From Thermoplasmatales archaeon SG8-52-3 (lineage in GTDB: Archaea > Thermoplasmatota > E2 > DHVEG-1): 64,000 bases of DNA. Below are positions 34,995 through 42,864 of the stretch, one piece after another. Position 1 is the stretch's first letter; every line of letters starts with the position of its first letter. The stretch is from assembly GCA_001595915.1 (NCBI GenBank), contig LSSG01000019.1, forward strand, positions 5,408 through 69,407. The letters are read 5' to 3'. The notes under the pieces were generated by a model. That model was not told the DNA's origin. It saw nothing but the letters and a program-made list of their open reading frames with translations, and ran no database searches. Made by a program: the position numbers and the translations under genes.

Positions 34995-35774
34995 ATGATA
35001 ACCATGGGTATTGATTTAGGTGCAAAAAATATTAAGGTAGTGATTTTGAAAGATAATAAGATAATTGGAAAATCAAATGTTCTCGCAGGATTTGATGTAG
35101 AAAAAAGCGCCCAGCAAGCAATTGATAAAGCTCTCAAAGAAGCAGGTATCACGAAGGATAAAATAGAAAAGACAATATCTACAGGAGCTGGAGATAAACT
35201 TGCTCCATTTTATGATGAGATCAAGTCGATTGTTGGATGTGATTCATTAGGAGCTGTATTTCTTCACCCTGCTGCAAGAAGTGTTATTGATGTAGGTGCT
35301 GAAGAAGGAAGAGGTATGAGATGTGATGAGACCGGAAAAATTATAGATTTTGAGGTAAATGAAAAATGTGCTGCAGGAGCAGGAGCCTTTACTGAGGCTA
35401 TGTCTCGCGCACTTGAGGTAAAACTTGAAGAAATTGGCCCTCTTTCTTTGAAAGCTACAGAAGATATTCCAATGAATGCACAGTGTACAGTGTTTGCAGA
35501 ATCAGAGGTTGTAACAATGGTACATAACAAAGTTTCAAAGGCAAATATGGCTAAAGCAGTTCATGATGCAATGGCAAGCAGGATTACATCAATGGTTAGA
35601 AAGATAGGCTTTAACAAAGATGTAGTTCTTGTTGGAGGAGTAGCAAATAACATTGGTTTTGTTGATTCTCTTAATAAAGATCTTGACCTTAAAGTTGTGA
35701 TACCAAAAGATCCAGAGTTTGTTGGAGCTTTAGGTGCTGCACTTGCTGCAGCTGGTTGGAAGGGAGGTAAATAA
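34995..35774 (+). CDS. bzdP: Benzoyl-CoA reductase ATPase subunit, delta-type (BzdP/BcrD-like; BcrAD_BadFG family)
   Basis: MGIDLGAKNIKVVIL…IDVGAEEGRGMRCDETGKIIDFEVNEKCAAGAGAF…AQCTVFAESEV…LVGGVANN. Confidence 0.75.
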   Translation: MITMGIDLGAKNIKVVILKDNKIIGKSNVLAGFDVEKSAQQAIDKALKEAGITKDKIEKTISTGAGDKLAPFYDEIKSIVGCDSLGAVFLHPAARSVIDVGAEEGRGMRCDETGKIIDFEVNEKCAAGAGAFTEAMSRALEVKLEEIGPLSLKATEDIPMNAQCTVFAESEVVTMVHNKVSKANMAKAVHDAMASRITSMVRKIGFNKDVVLVGGVANNIGFVDSLNKDLDLKVVIPKDPEFVGALGAALAAAGWKGGK

Positions 35775-35775
35775 T

Positions 35776-36648
35776 ATGGAAGAAAAAGCTGAACTTTGGA
35801 GATGGACAGAATCTCGTTGGACGAATACTGACCTAAATTGGAAAGGAAAATTGATTACTTCTGGAGTTGATGTAGGTTCAGTTAGTTCACAGGCTGTAAT
35901 ACTTGCTGATGGAGAGCTCTATGCTTATTCTAATATGAGAACTGGTTCTGATAGTCCTGATTCTGCTATGAAGGCAATAAACTGGGCTATGGAAGATACA
36001 GGTCTTAAATTGGATGATTTAACCTATACTGTTGGTACTGGATATGGTCGAGTTAATGTTCCATTTAGTCAACGAGCCATTACAGAAATTGCTTGTCATG
36101 CTCGTGGTGGTAACTTCATGTATGGGCCTTCAGTTAGAACAATTTTGGATATGGGTGGTCAGGATTGTAAAGCTATTCATTGTGATGAAAGAGGAAAGGT
36201 TACAAATTTTCTAATGAACGATAAATGTGCGGCGGGAACAGGACGAGGAATGGAAGTATTTGCCGATCTTTTGGGTGTATCTATTAATGACGTTGGAGAT
36301 CTTTCTCTTGATGTTGATGAGGAACCACAGCCAGTAAGTAGTACTTGCGTAGTATATGCAAAAACCGAGGCTACAGGTTTACTTAGAGAAGGTTGGCCAA
36401 AGAATAAAGTTTTAGCAGCATATTGTTCAGCAATGGCTCATAGGATAATGACACTACTAGAAAGAATTGGTGTTGAGGAAGATTTTGCAATAACAGGTGG
36501 AATAGCAAAGAATAAAGGGGTAGTTACAAGACTTGAGAAAGAGGTTGGAATAAAAATCATGAAGACCACAGATTATGATACACAAATTGCAGGAGCCCTT
36601 GGTGCAGCACTTTTTGCTAAAGCTTTAGTTGAGAAAGGGAAAAAATAA
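35776..36648 (+). CDS. bzdQ: Benzoyl-CoA reductase ATPase subunit, alpha-type (BzdQ/BcrA-like; BcrAD_BadFG family)
   Basis: ATG 35776 follows GGGAGGT and lies 1 nt after the preceding stop. SGVDVGSVSSQAVIL…LDMGGQDCKAIHCDERGKVTNFLMNDKCAAGTGRG…SSTCVVYAKTE…ITGGIAKN. Confidence 0.75.
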   Translation: MEEKAELWRWTESRWTNTDLNWKGKLITSGVDVGSVSSQAVILADGELYAYSNMRTGSDSPDSAMKAINWAMEDTGLKLDDLTYTVGTGYGRVNVPFSQRAITEIACHARGGNFMYGPSVRTILDMGGQDCKAIHCDERGKVTNFLMNDKCAAGTGRGMEVFADLLGVSINDVGDLSLDVDEEPQPVSSTCVVYAKTEATGLLREGWPKNKVLAAYCSAMAHRIMTLLERIGVEEDFAITGGIAKNKGVVTRLEKEVGIKIMKTTDYDTQIAGALGAALFAKALVEKGKK

Positions 36649-36663
36649 ATTTGAGGAATTTTC

Positions 36664-36951
36664 ATGATAGCAAATTATGGATATAAGGATGGTTCTGGGG
36701 ACTATTTCATTGCAATTGATACTGACAAATGTAATGGATGTAAGGATTGTATTGATGCTTGTCCATATGGAGTATTGGATGTTGGTCCTGATGAAAACGA
36801 TCCTCTATCTGATGAAGAGGTAGCATTTGTAACAGAAGCCGAAAGAAAAAAGATAAAATACACCTGTGCTCCTTGTAAACCAATGAACAATAGACCACCT
36901 TTACCATGTATGGCTGTATGTAAAAAAGAAGCAATTTCACATTCCTGGTGA
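36664..36951 (+). CDS. Ferredoxin (2x[4Fe-4S]-type with insertion), the putative electron donor to the reductase (BzdM/Fdx-like)
   Basis: CNGCKDCIDACPYG … CAPCKP…C…VCKKEAI. Its position directly after the reductase genes is the main argument. Confidence 0.65.
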   Translation: MIANYGYKDGSGDYFIAIDTDKCNGCKDCIDACPYGVLDVGPDENDPLSDEEVAFVTEAERKKIKYTCAPCKPMNNRPPLPCMAVCKKEAISHSW

Positions 36952-37001
36952 GATTATTTGGAAATAATTCCTCCAATCTTATTCGAAAATCGAGGTTTAT
37001 T

Positions 37002-39515
37002 ATGAGTGTAACTATAAATATCAATGGCAACAAGATTAAAGCCGAAGATGGGATGTCGATCTTAGAAGCTGCTCAAATTAATGAGATATATATCCCAAGG
37101 CTTTGTTATCATCCTAGTTTAGGTAGTTCACATGGTTTGAAACCTATAGATACAATTTACAGAGAGGATGGTAAATATCAGAATGATGATACAGGGCCAA
37201 AAGAAGGATTTAAGGGATGTCAACTCTGTCTTGTTGAGATAAATGGCCATGAAGGTCTATTTACCTCATGTGATACTATTGTTGAAGATGGGATGATTGT
37301 AAATTCTGAAACTGATGTGGTTAAGGAAGCACGTAGAAATAATCTTGCAGAGATATTAAAAGATCACCCTCATGCATGTCTTCAATGTGCTCAACAGGAT
37401 GGCTGTTCAAGAACAGATTGTTCAACAAATGTTCCTGAAAGTGAAAGATGCTGTCCATTATTAGGACATTGTGAGCTTCAAAAGATTGCACAATATATAG
37501 GTATCAGACAGGATCTATCGAAATATGTATTTAAAGGCCTTCCTAAGCATAAAAATGAACCCCTCTTTGAGAGTGATTATAATTTATGTGTTTCTTGTTT
37601 AAGATGTGTACGAGCTTGTCGTGAATTAAGAGGTGTTGAGGCTATAGGATTCGTATTTAACAAAGAAAAGACCATTGTTGGACCATCAAAAAATTCAAAT
37701 TTTAAAGAGTCAGACTGCAGGTTCTGTGGTGCTTGTGTCGAAGTTTGTCCTACAGGAGCAATGAGTGATAAAAATCTACCGAAAGGAGAAAAGGAAGAAG
37801 TCTTAGTTCCCTGCATTTCTAATTGCCCCGTTTGTTTGGATATTCCTAGATATATCAATCTTATTAATGAAGGAAATTATAATGATGCTGTTGCTGTAAT
37901 AAGAGAAAGAATTCCATTTCCTAAAATATTAGGACAAGTATGTTTCCATCCTTGTGAGGATAAATGTCGTAGAGGTGAATTAGATCAACCAATGGCAATA
38001 TGTGCTTTAAAAAGGTTCGCAGCTGAAAATGAGGATGATTCCTTCAAAATTAAAGGAAGAGAACCTACTGGAAAAAAGGTTGCTATTGTTGGGAGTGGCC
38101 CATCAGGGCTTACAGCAGCATATTATCTTGCATTATCTGGACATAGTGTTACTATTTTTGAAGCAGAGGAAAAGATTGGTGGTTTGTTAAGATATGCTAT
38201 CCCTAATTACCGTTTGAATCCTGATTTATTAGATGCGGAAATGGAAATTTTTAATGAGTTGAATGTTGAATTTAGAATTAATACACAAATCGGGAATAAA
38301 ATAACCTTATCTGATCTTTGTAAAGATTTTCAAGCTGTCTTTATAGGTACTGGTGCTTGGCTAAGTAAAAAAATTTCTGTTGAAGGTTCAAATCTTCAAG
38401 GGGTGGAATGGGGTTTAGATTTTTTAATGAATGTTAAAAAGAATAATGTGAAATCATTAAATGGTCAAGTATTTGTTATTGGTGGTGGAAATGTTGCAAT
38501 GGATGTTGCAAGAACCGCAATTCGACTAGGTGCAAGCATTGTTCAACTTGCTTGTTTAGAATGTAGGGAAGAAATGCCAGCACATGATTGGGAAATAAAA
38601 GATGCTATGGATGAAGGAGTTAAAATGCATTCATCCTGGGGCCCTAAGAAAATTCTTGAAAAAAATGGAAAAATATCAGGAATTGAACTAATCAAATGTA
38701 ATTCTGTATTTGATAAAAGAGGCAATTTTGATCCAAAATTTGATTCTTGCGAAACTAAAAATATTGATACTGATAAAATTATTTTAGCAATTGGACAAGT
38801 ACCAAATCTCTCTTGGATGAAGGGAATTGATACAAAAAACGGGATGATAAAAATTAACAAAGATATGCAAACGAATATATCAAATGTTTTTGCAGGAGGG
38901 GAGGTTACAAGAGGTCCTGCATCTGTTGTAGAGGCTATAGCTGATGGAGCAACAGCTGCTTCATCAATTGATAGACTTCTTGGCGGTGACGGAAACATTT
39001 ATAAGAAGATTATGTCGCCATATGAATTTAATCCATGTATTGGTAAAATTGATGGTTTTGCAGATATGGTTAGAATGATTGTTAAAAAAGTAAGTCCTAT
39101 TGATAGAATAGATAATTTTAATATGGTTGAGACTTGCTATAATGAAAAACAAGCAAAACAAGAATCGATACGCTGTCTAAGATGTGATTTACGCTTAAAA
39201 ATACTTCCAATTACATTTCCCCCAGATAGATGGCTCGAATTAAACAATAATAATATTGCAGAAGTTCCAGCTGTGGAAGGAGTGTACCAGCTTAGGGATG
39301 AAAATAAAGTTATAATAGTAATAAAAGGCACTCAAAATATTAAAGCAGACCTACAGCAAAAGCTTAAATCTGATACCAAAGCAAGATATTTCTGGTTTGA
39401 GCCTGATCCTATGTATACAAAACGGGAAAGTGAATTGATACAACAGTTCCTACAACAATTTGGGAAGATGCCAGAAGGTGATGGGGAGGGTGATGATATT
39501 GATGACCTCTTCTAA
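37002..39515 (+). CDS. Multidomain Fe-S flavoprotein, a putative NAD(P)H:ferredoxin oxidoreductase (BzdV-like role). Domains are a 2Fe-2S (NuoG-like) N-terminus, 4Fe-4S domains, a GltD-like FAD/NAD(P) oxidoreductase and an about 110-aa uncharacterised acidic tail.
   Basis: VTININGNKIKAEDGMSILEAA…GCQLCLVEI…DHPHACLQCAQQDGC…CVSCLRCVRAC…CRFCGACVEVCPTGA…VAIVGSGPSGLTAAYYL…GGLLRYAIPNYRL…VIGGGNVAMDVART. ATG 37002 follows GAGGT. Confidence 0.75.
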   Translation: MSVTININGNKIKAEDGMSILEAAQINEIYIPRLCYHPSLGSSHGLKPIDTIYREDGKYQNDDTGPKEGFKGCQLCLVEINGHEGLFTSCDTIVEDGMIVNSETDVVKEARRNNLAEILKDHPHACLQCAQQDGCSRTDCSTNVPESERCCPLLGHCELQKIAQYIGIRQDLSKYVFKGLPKHKNEPLFESDYNLCVSCLRCVRACRELRGVEAIGFVFNKEKTIVGPSKNSNFKESDCRFCGACVEVCPTGAMSDKNLPKGEKEEVLVPCISNCPVCLDIPRYINLINEGNYNDAVAVIRERIPFPKILGQVCFHPCEDKCRRGELDQPMAICALKRFAAENEDDSFKIKGREPTGKKVAIVGSGPSGLTAAYYLALSGHSVTIFEAEEKIGGLLRYAIPNYRLNPDLLDAEMEIFNELNVEFRINTQIGNKITLSDLCKDFQAVFIGTGAWLSKKISVEGSNLQGVEWGLDFLMNVKKNNVKSLNGQVFVIGGGNVAMDVARTAIRLGASIVQLACLECREEMPAHDWEIKDAMDEGVKMHSSWGPKKILEKNGKISGIELIKCNSVFDKRGNFDPKFDSCETKNIDTDKIILAIGQVPNLSWMKGIDTKNGMIKINKDMQTNISNVFAGGEVTRGPASVVEAIADGATAASSIDRLLGGDGNIYKKIMSPYEFNPCIGKIDGFADMVRMIVKKVSPIDRIDNFNMVETCYNEKQAKQESIRCLRCDLRLKILPITFPPDRWLELNNNNIAEVPAVEGVYQLRDENKVIIVIKGTQNIKADLQQKLKSDTKARYFWFEPDPMYTKRESELIQQFLQQFGKMPEGDGEGDDIDDLF

Positions 39516-40140
39516 ACTAAAAGTTGAAATATTGGTAGTTGGACCATTATTTTCAAATTGTTATATTGTGTGGGATGAAAAAACAAAAGAAGGAGCAGTA
39601 ATTGATCCTGGCGATGATTCAATTTCTATCTTAAAAACTGTTGAAAAACTTGATATTAATATTAAATATATCTTAGCTACACATGGTCATTTTGATCATG
39701 TTGGTGCTGTTGCACCGTTAAGAAGAGAACTAAAAGCTGAATTTCTTGCTCATAAAGGTGATTTCTTTTTTATTGAAGATGGAGAAAATGCAGCTAGACG
39801 CTGGGGAATTAATATTGAACAGCCTCCAAGTCCTGATAGATTTATAGAAAACGGCGATAAGATAGAAATTGGAAATTTTCATTTAGAGGTAATCCATACT
39901 CCAGGTCATTCACCTGGCGGTATAAGTTTTTTATATGATAAAATGTTATTCGGAGGAGATACTCTTTTTCAAGGAAGTATAGGTAGAACAGATTTTCGAA
40001 AGGGCTCATTTGAGGAAATATCTGAATCTATTAAAACACGTCTTTACACATTACCTGATGATACTATTGTTTATACAGGCCATGGACCAATAACTACAAT
40101 TGGTGATGAAAAAAAATATAATGCATTTGTTAGAGCATGA
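39502..40140 (+). CDS. MBL-fold metallo-hydrolase (glyoxalase II-like)
   Basis: ILATHGHFDHVGA (HxHxDH) …HTPGHSPGG…GDTLF. ATG 39502 is best spaced from GGAGGGTGA, and the gene overlaps the end of the preceding gene. Confidence 0.85.
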   Translation: MTSSKLKVEILVVGPLFSNCYIVWDEKTKEGAVIDPGDDSISILKTVEKLDINIKYILATHGHFDHVGAVAPLRRELKAEFLAHKGDFFFIEDGENAARRWGINIEQPPSPDRFIENGDKIEIGNFHLEVIHTPGHSPGGISFLYDKMLFGGDTLFQGSIGRTDFRKGSFEEISESIKTRLYTLPDDTIVYTGHGPITTIGDEKKYNAFVRA

Positions 40141-40143
40141 TTT

Positions 40144-40875
40144 ATGGATAAGTTAATTTCTAAACTTAAGAAATTTGTTTCAGTATCTGATCAAATTGTA
40201 GCATTTACAGGTGCTGGTTTTTCAGCTGAAAGCGGGATTTCCACATTTAGAGGAGCAGGTGGTCTTTGGTCTAAATATGACCCATCAATCTATGCAGATA
40301 TTAATTATTTTAATCAGGATCCTACTTATTATTGGAACTTTTTTAAGGATGAGCGATATCCAGTAATTAAAAAAGCTAAACCAAATGATGGGCACTATGC
40401 TTTAGTAAAGCTTGAAAAACGAGGAAAGATTTTTCGAATAATAACACAAAATATTGATGGTCTGCATCAATTAGCAGGGTCTTCAAATGTAATTGAACTT
40501 CATGGTAATACTCGAAATATATTTTGTAGAAAATGTAATAAAAAATATTCCTTGGATGAAGTTTATACTATTTTAAAAAAAGAGTTACCACCTAGGTGTT
40601 CATGCGGTGGACTTTTAAAACCAAGTACAGTTCTTTTTGGTGAACCTTTACCCCAAGTCGCTCTTGATATGGCAAATATATCAGCTCGAAATTGTGATTT
40701 GTTTTTAGTTCTTGGTAGTTCCTTGGTTGTTTATCCTGCTGCATCTTTTCCAGAAATTGCTAAAAATAATGGTGCAAAATTAGTAATAGTTAATATTGAT
40801 CCTACTCCTTTAGATGATATTGCTGATATAGTTATAAACGAGAGCACATCAAAGGTTCTTTCTGAATTAATTTAA
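40144..40875 (+). CDS. Sir2-family NAD-dependent protein deacylase
   Basis: FTGAGFSAESGISTFRG…ITQNIDGLHQLAGS…ELHGN…CRKC…CSCGGLLKPSTVLFGE. Confidence 0.9.
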   Translation: MDKLISKLKKFVSVSDQIVAFTGAGFSAESGISTFRGAGGLWSKYDPSIYADINYFNQDPTYYWNFFKDERYPVIKKAKPNDGHYALVKLEKRGKIFRIITQNIDGLHQLAGSSNVIELHGNTRNIFCRKCNKKYSLDEVYTILKKELPPRCSCGGLLKPSTVLFGEPLPQVALDMANISARNCDLFLVLGSSLVVYPAASFPEIAKNNGAKLVIVNIDPTPLDDIADIVINESTSKVLSELI

Positions 40876-40955
40876 ATTTATAAGCGATAGTTTTATAGAA
40901 AAATTTTTATTAAATCAGATTACTATATATTACTAATAATGGGAGAGTAATTATT

Positions 40956-41879
40956 ATGAAAAAAGCAATTGTCGGTATAATAATTTTTATGCTAATGATA
41001 GTATGTTCAATTTTTAGCAGTGCTGATATTTTAGGAAATGTTAAAACAACAAAAAATAATCTTATAGTTTTGGAAAAAGATTCTGTACTGCAATTAGATA
41101 AATTTTCTAATTATCAGACTGATCTTGATTGGGATTATACTAGTAATCCACCACATATGTATACAATTCCGTTAGGAAAAGTTGGAATTGGTACAACAAA
41201 TCCATCAGCAAAGCTTGATGTTGAGGTAAATAATGGTGGTGCAGCAACGATAGGCTCTAGTTATAATATTGCAATTGGAGACTATGCTGTAGCATTAGGT
41301 TATGCTGCAAAAGCAATAGGAAATTATTCTATTGCAATGGGTAGATATACAAATGCAAGTGGGCTTACTGCAACTGCATTAGGATGGGGAACATCTGCAA
41401 AGGGCAGTTGCTCAACTGCAATGGGCGAAGGTACTACTGCAAGTGGAAGCTTTTCAACTGCAATGGGGCGAAGTATAAAAGTAAATGGAGATTATTCATT
41501 TGGAATTGGTTTAAGTTCAAAATCATATTCTATAGATTCTGATAATGTGCTTTCAATTATGGGTGGAAAAGTTGGTATTGGTACAGCTGATCCTTCTTAC
41601 TTATTGGATGTTTTTAGTGACAATGATATAGTAGCTCAGTTTTCTGGTAGGGTAAAGGGAGTTGATGCAATATATGATGATGAATTTGTAACCAAAGGAC
41701 AAGTCAAAACCAGTCTTCCATCATATTTTACACCATATGGTACAAGTGATCCTACTGGAATTGAGGGGGATATATCTTGGGATAGCAACTATTTCTATCT
41801 TAAAACAAGTGAAGGTTGGAAAAGGGCAAAATTGGAAACTTGGGGCTCAACATCTGTTGTTTTAGAAAATAACCCTTAA
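40956..41879 (+). CDS. Exported adhesin/tail-fibre-like repeat protein (YadA-head/Hep_Hag-like repeats)
   Basis: It has a signal/anchor at the N-terminus. GKVGIGTTNPSAKLDV and GKVGIGTADPSYLLDV flank SIAMGRYTNASGLTATALGWGTSAKGSCSTAMGEGTTASGSFSTAMGRS. Confidence 0.6.
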   Translation: MKKAIVGIIIFMLMIVCSIFSSADILGNVKTTKNNLIVLEKDSVLQLDKFSNYQTDLDWDYTSNPPHMYTIPLGKVGIGTTNPSAKLDVEVNNGGAATIGSSYNIAIGDYAVALGYAAKAIGNYSIAMGRYTNASGLTATALGWGTSAKGSCSTAMGEGTTASGSFSTAMGRSIKVNGDYSFGIGLSSKSYSIDSDNVLSIMGGKVGIGTADPSYLLDVFSDNDIVAQFSGRVKGVDAIYDDEFVTKGQVKTSLPSYFTPYGTSDPTGIEGDISWDSNYFYLKTSEGWKRAKLETWGSTSVVLENNP

Positions 41880-42009
41880 TTTACACTTTTTTTCCTATTT
41901 TAATATTAAAATTTAATTAATTTACGCTCAGTTATTAAAAATGTTTATATATTATTAAATGCATTGATAATATTGCCTATCAAGAGCAAAAAGGCGCGGG
42001 AGGTATAGT

Positions 42010-42729
42010 TTGCATAAGAGGAAGAAAAAAATAATAGTTCCAATTCTGATTGTTATACTATTTTTAGGGTTGGCATTAACACCTGGTATTAGTGCAACTG
42101 CAGAAAAAGTAAAAGAGCATCAATTGACTATTAAGTTACAAGATCCTTATGGTACTGGAGGAGGTTACGAATTTAGAAAACTTGTAACACAATCTCAATT
42201 AGAAGAAATCAACAATTCTGTTTGTGAATTTATAATGTTAGCAAAGGATTCGATGGATGAAAATAGTGCTGATGGTTCAAATATTACAGATTCTGAATGG
42301 GGTAACCTAATAAATAAGATAGACTCTGCCGTTGACATATTAGGAACAATTATAGGTAAAGAGTTTCCTGTTGAGGACACAAAATATTATATTTCCCAGG
42401 TAAGTAGCACTCTACTAAAATTTGGGTACACTCTTAGACAACCTTTAATAAGTATAGGTTTAGGAATTACTTGGATACCTTTCTATGATTATGAATCAAT
42501 GATTGGAAGGTTAATCAAACCCGTATTTATACATCATGTGCTTGGATTTTCAGCGACATTTAAATTAAATCCATTTAAACTTGGTTTTCCAAGCTTATCA
42601 TATGGTCTTCATAGAGTAAGAACATTTTTCTTTCAAGGATTGCTTATTGATTTTTCAGATCTTGGCTATGATAGAATAATCGGACCACAGATACTTATTG
42701 GATATGGCTTATTTACAGGATTTGCATAA
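42010..42729 (+). CDS. Hypothetical exported/membrane protein
   Basis: TTG start after GGGAGG. It has an N-terminal KKKIIVPILIVILFLGLALTPGISA signal. No motif was recognised. Confidence 0.5.
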   Translation: MHKRKKKIIVPILIVILFLGLALTPGISATAEKVKEHQLTIKLQDPYGTGGGYEFRKLVTQSQLEEINNSVCEFIMLAKDSMDENSADGSNITDSEWGNLINKIDSAVDILGTIIGKEFPVEDTKYYISQVSSTLLKFGYTLRQPLISIGLGITWIPFYDYESMIGRLIKPVFIHHVLGFSATFKLNPFKLGFPSLSYGLHRVRTFFFQGLLIDFSDLGYDRIIGPQILIGYGLFTGFA

Positions 42730-42864
42730 TTAAAAAATTATTCCTAATATTTCAAAAAAAATAGTATAATAAATTAGTGCAAATACTGTAAGCCATTTTT
42801 TTACATTTTTAACAATATTTATTTATATTTATTATAAAATTTTTAAACCTATTTTTTAAATATA

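Noticed and set aside
35734-35775. An earlier start (35734) for the second BCR ATPase gene
   Set aside because: It would overlap the preceding gene by 41 nt. ATG 35776 has a GGGAGGT Shine-Dalgarno at ideal spacing and begins 1 nt after the upstream stop.
36702-37033. Two minus-strand ORFs (62 and 108 aa) over the ferredoxin gene and the start of the 837-aa gene
   Set aside because: They are antisense to coding regions with clear Cys-cluster motifs. They show no motifs or start signals of their own.
38543-38998. A 151-aa minus-strand ORF inside the GltD-like domain
   Set aside because: It is a shadow ORF opposite a strongly conserved FAD/NAD(P)-binding region, with a low-complexity Ser/Pro/Ile translation.
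39240-39340. Resemblance of EGVYQLRDENKVIIVIKGTQNIKADL (tail of the 837-aa protein) to the GIY-YIG nuclease motif
   Set aside because: Only the first tripeptide-like element (GVY) fits. The YIG element is IKG, and the downstream Arg/Glu catalytic residues cannot be placed by eye. This is too weak to call without a profile search.
41960-41985. Inverted repeat TTGATA-N8-TATCAA upstream of the 42010 gene
   Set aside because: These are 6-bp AT-rich arms only, with no second copy. It is indistinguishable from chance.
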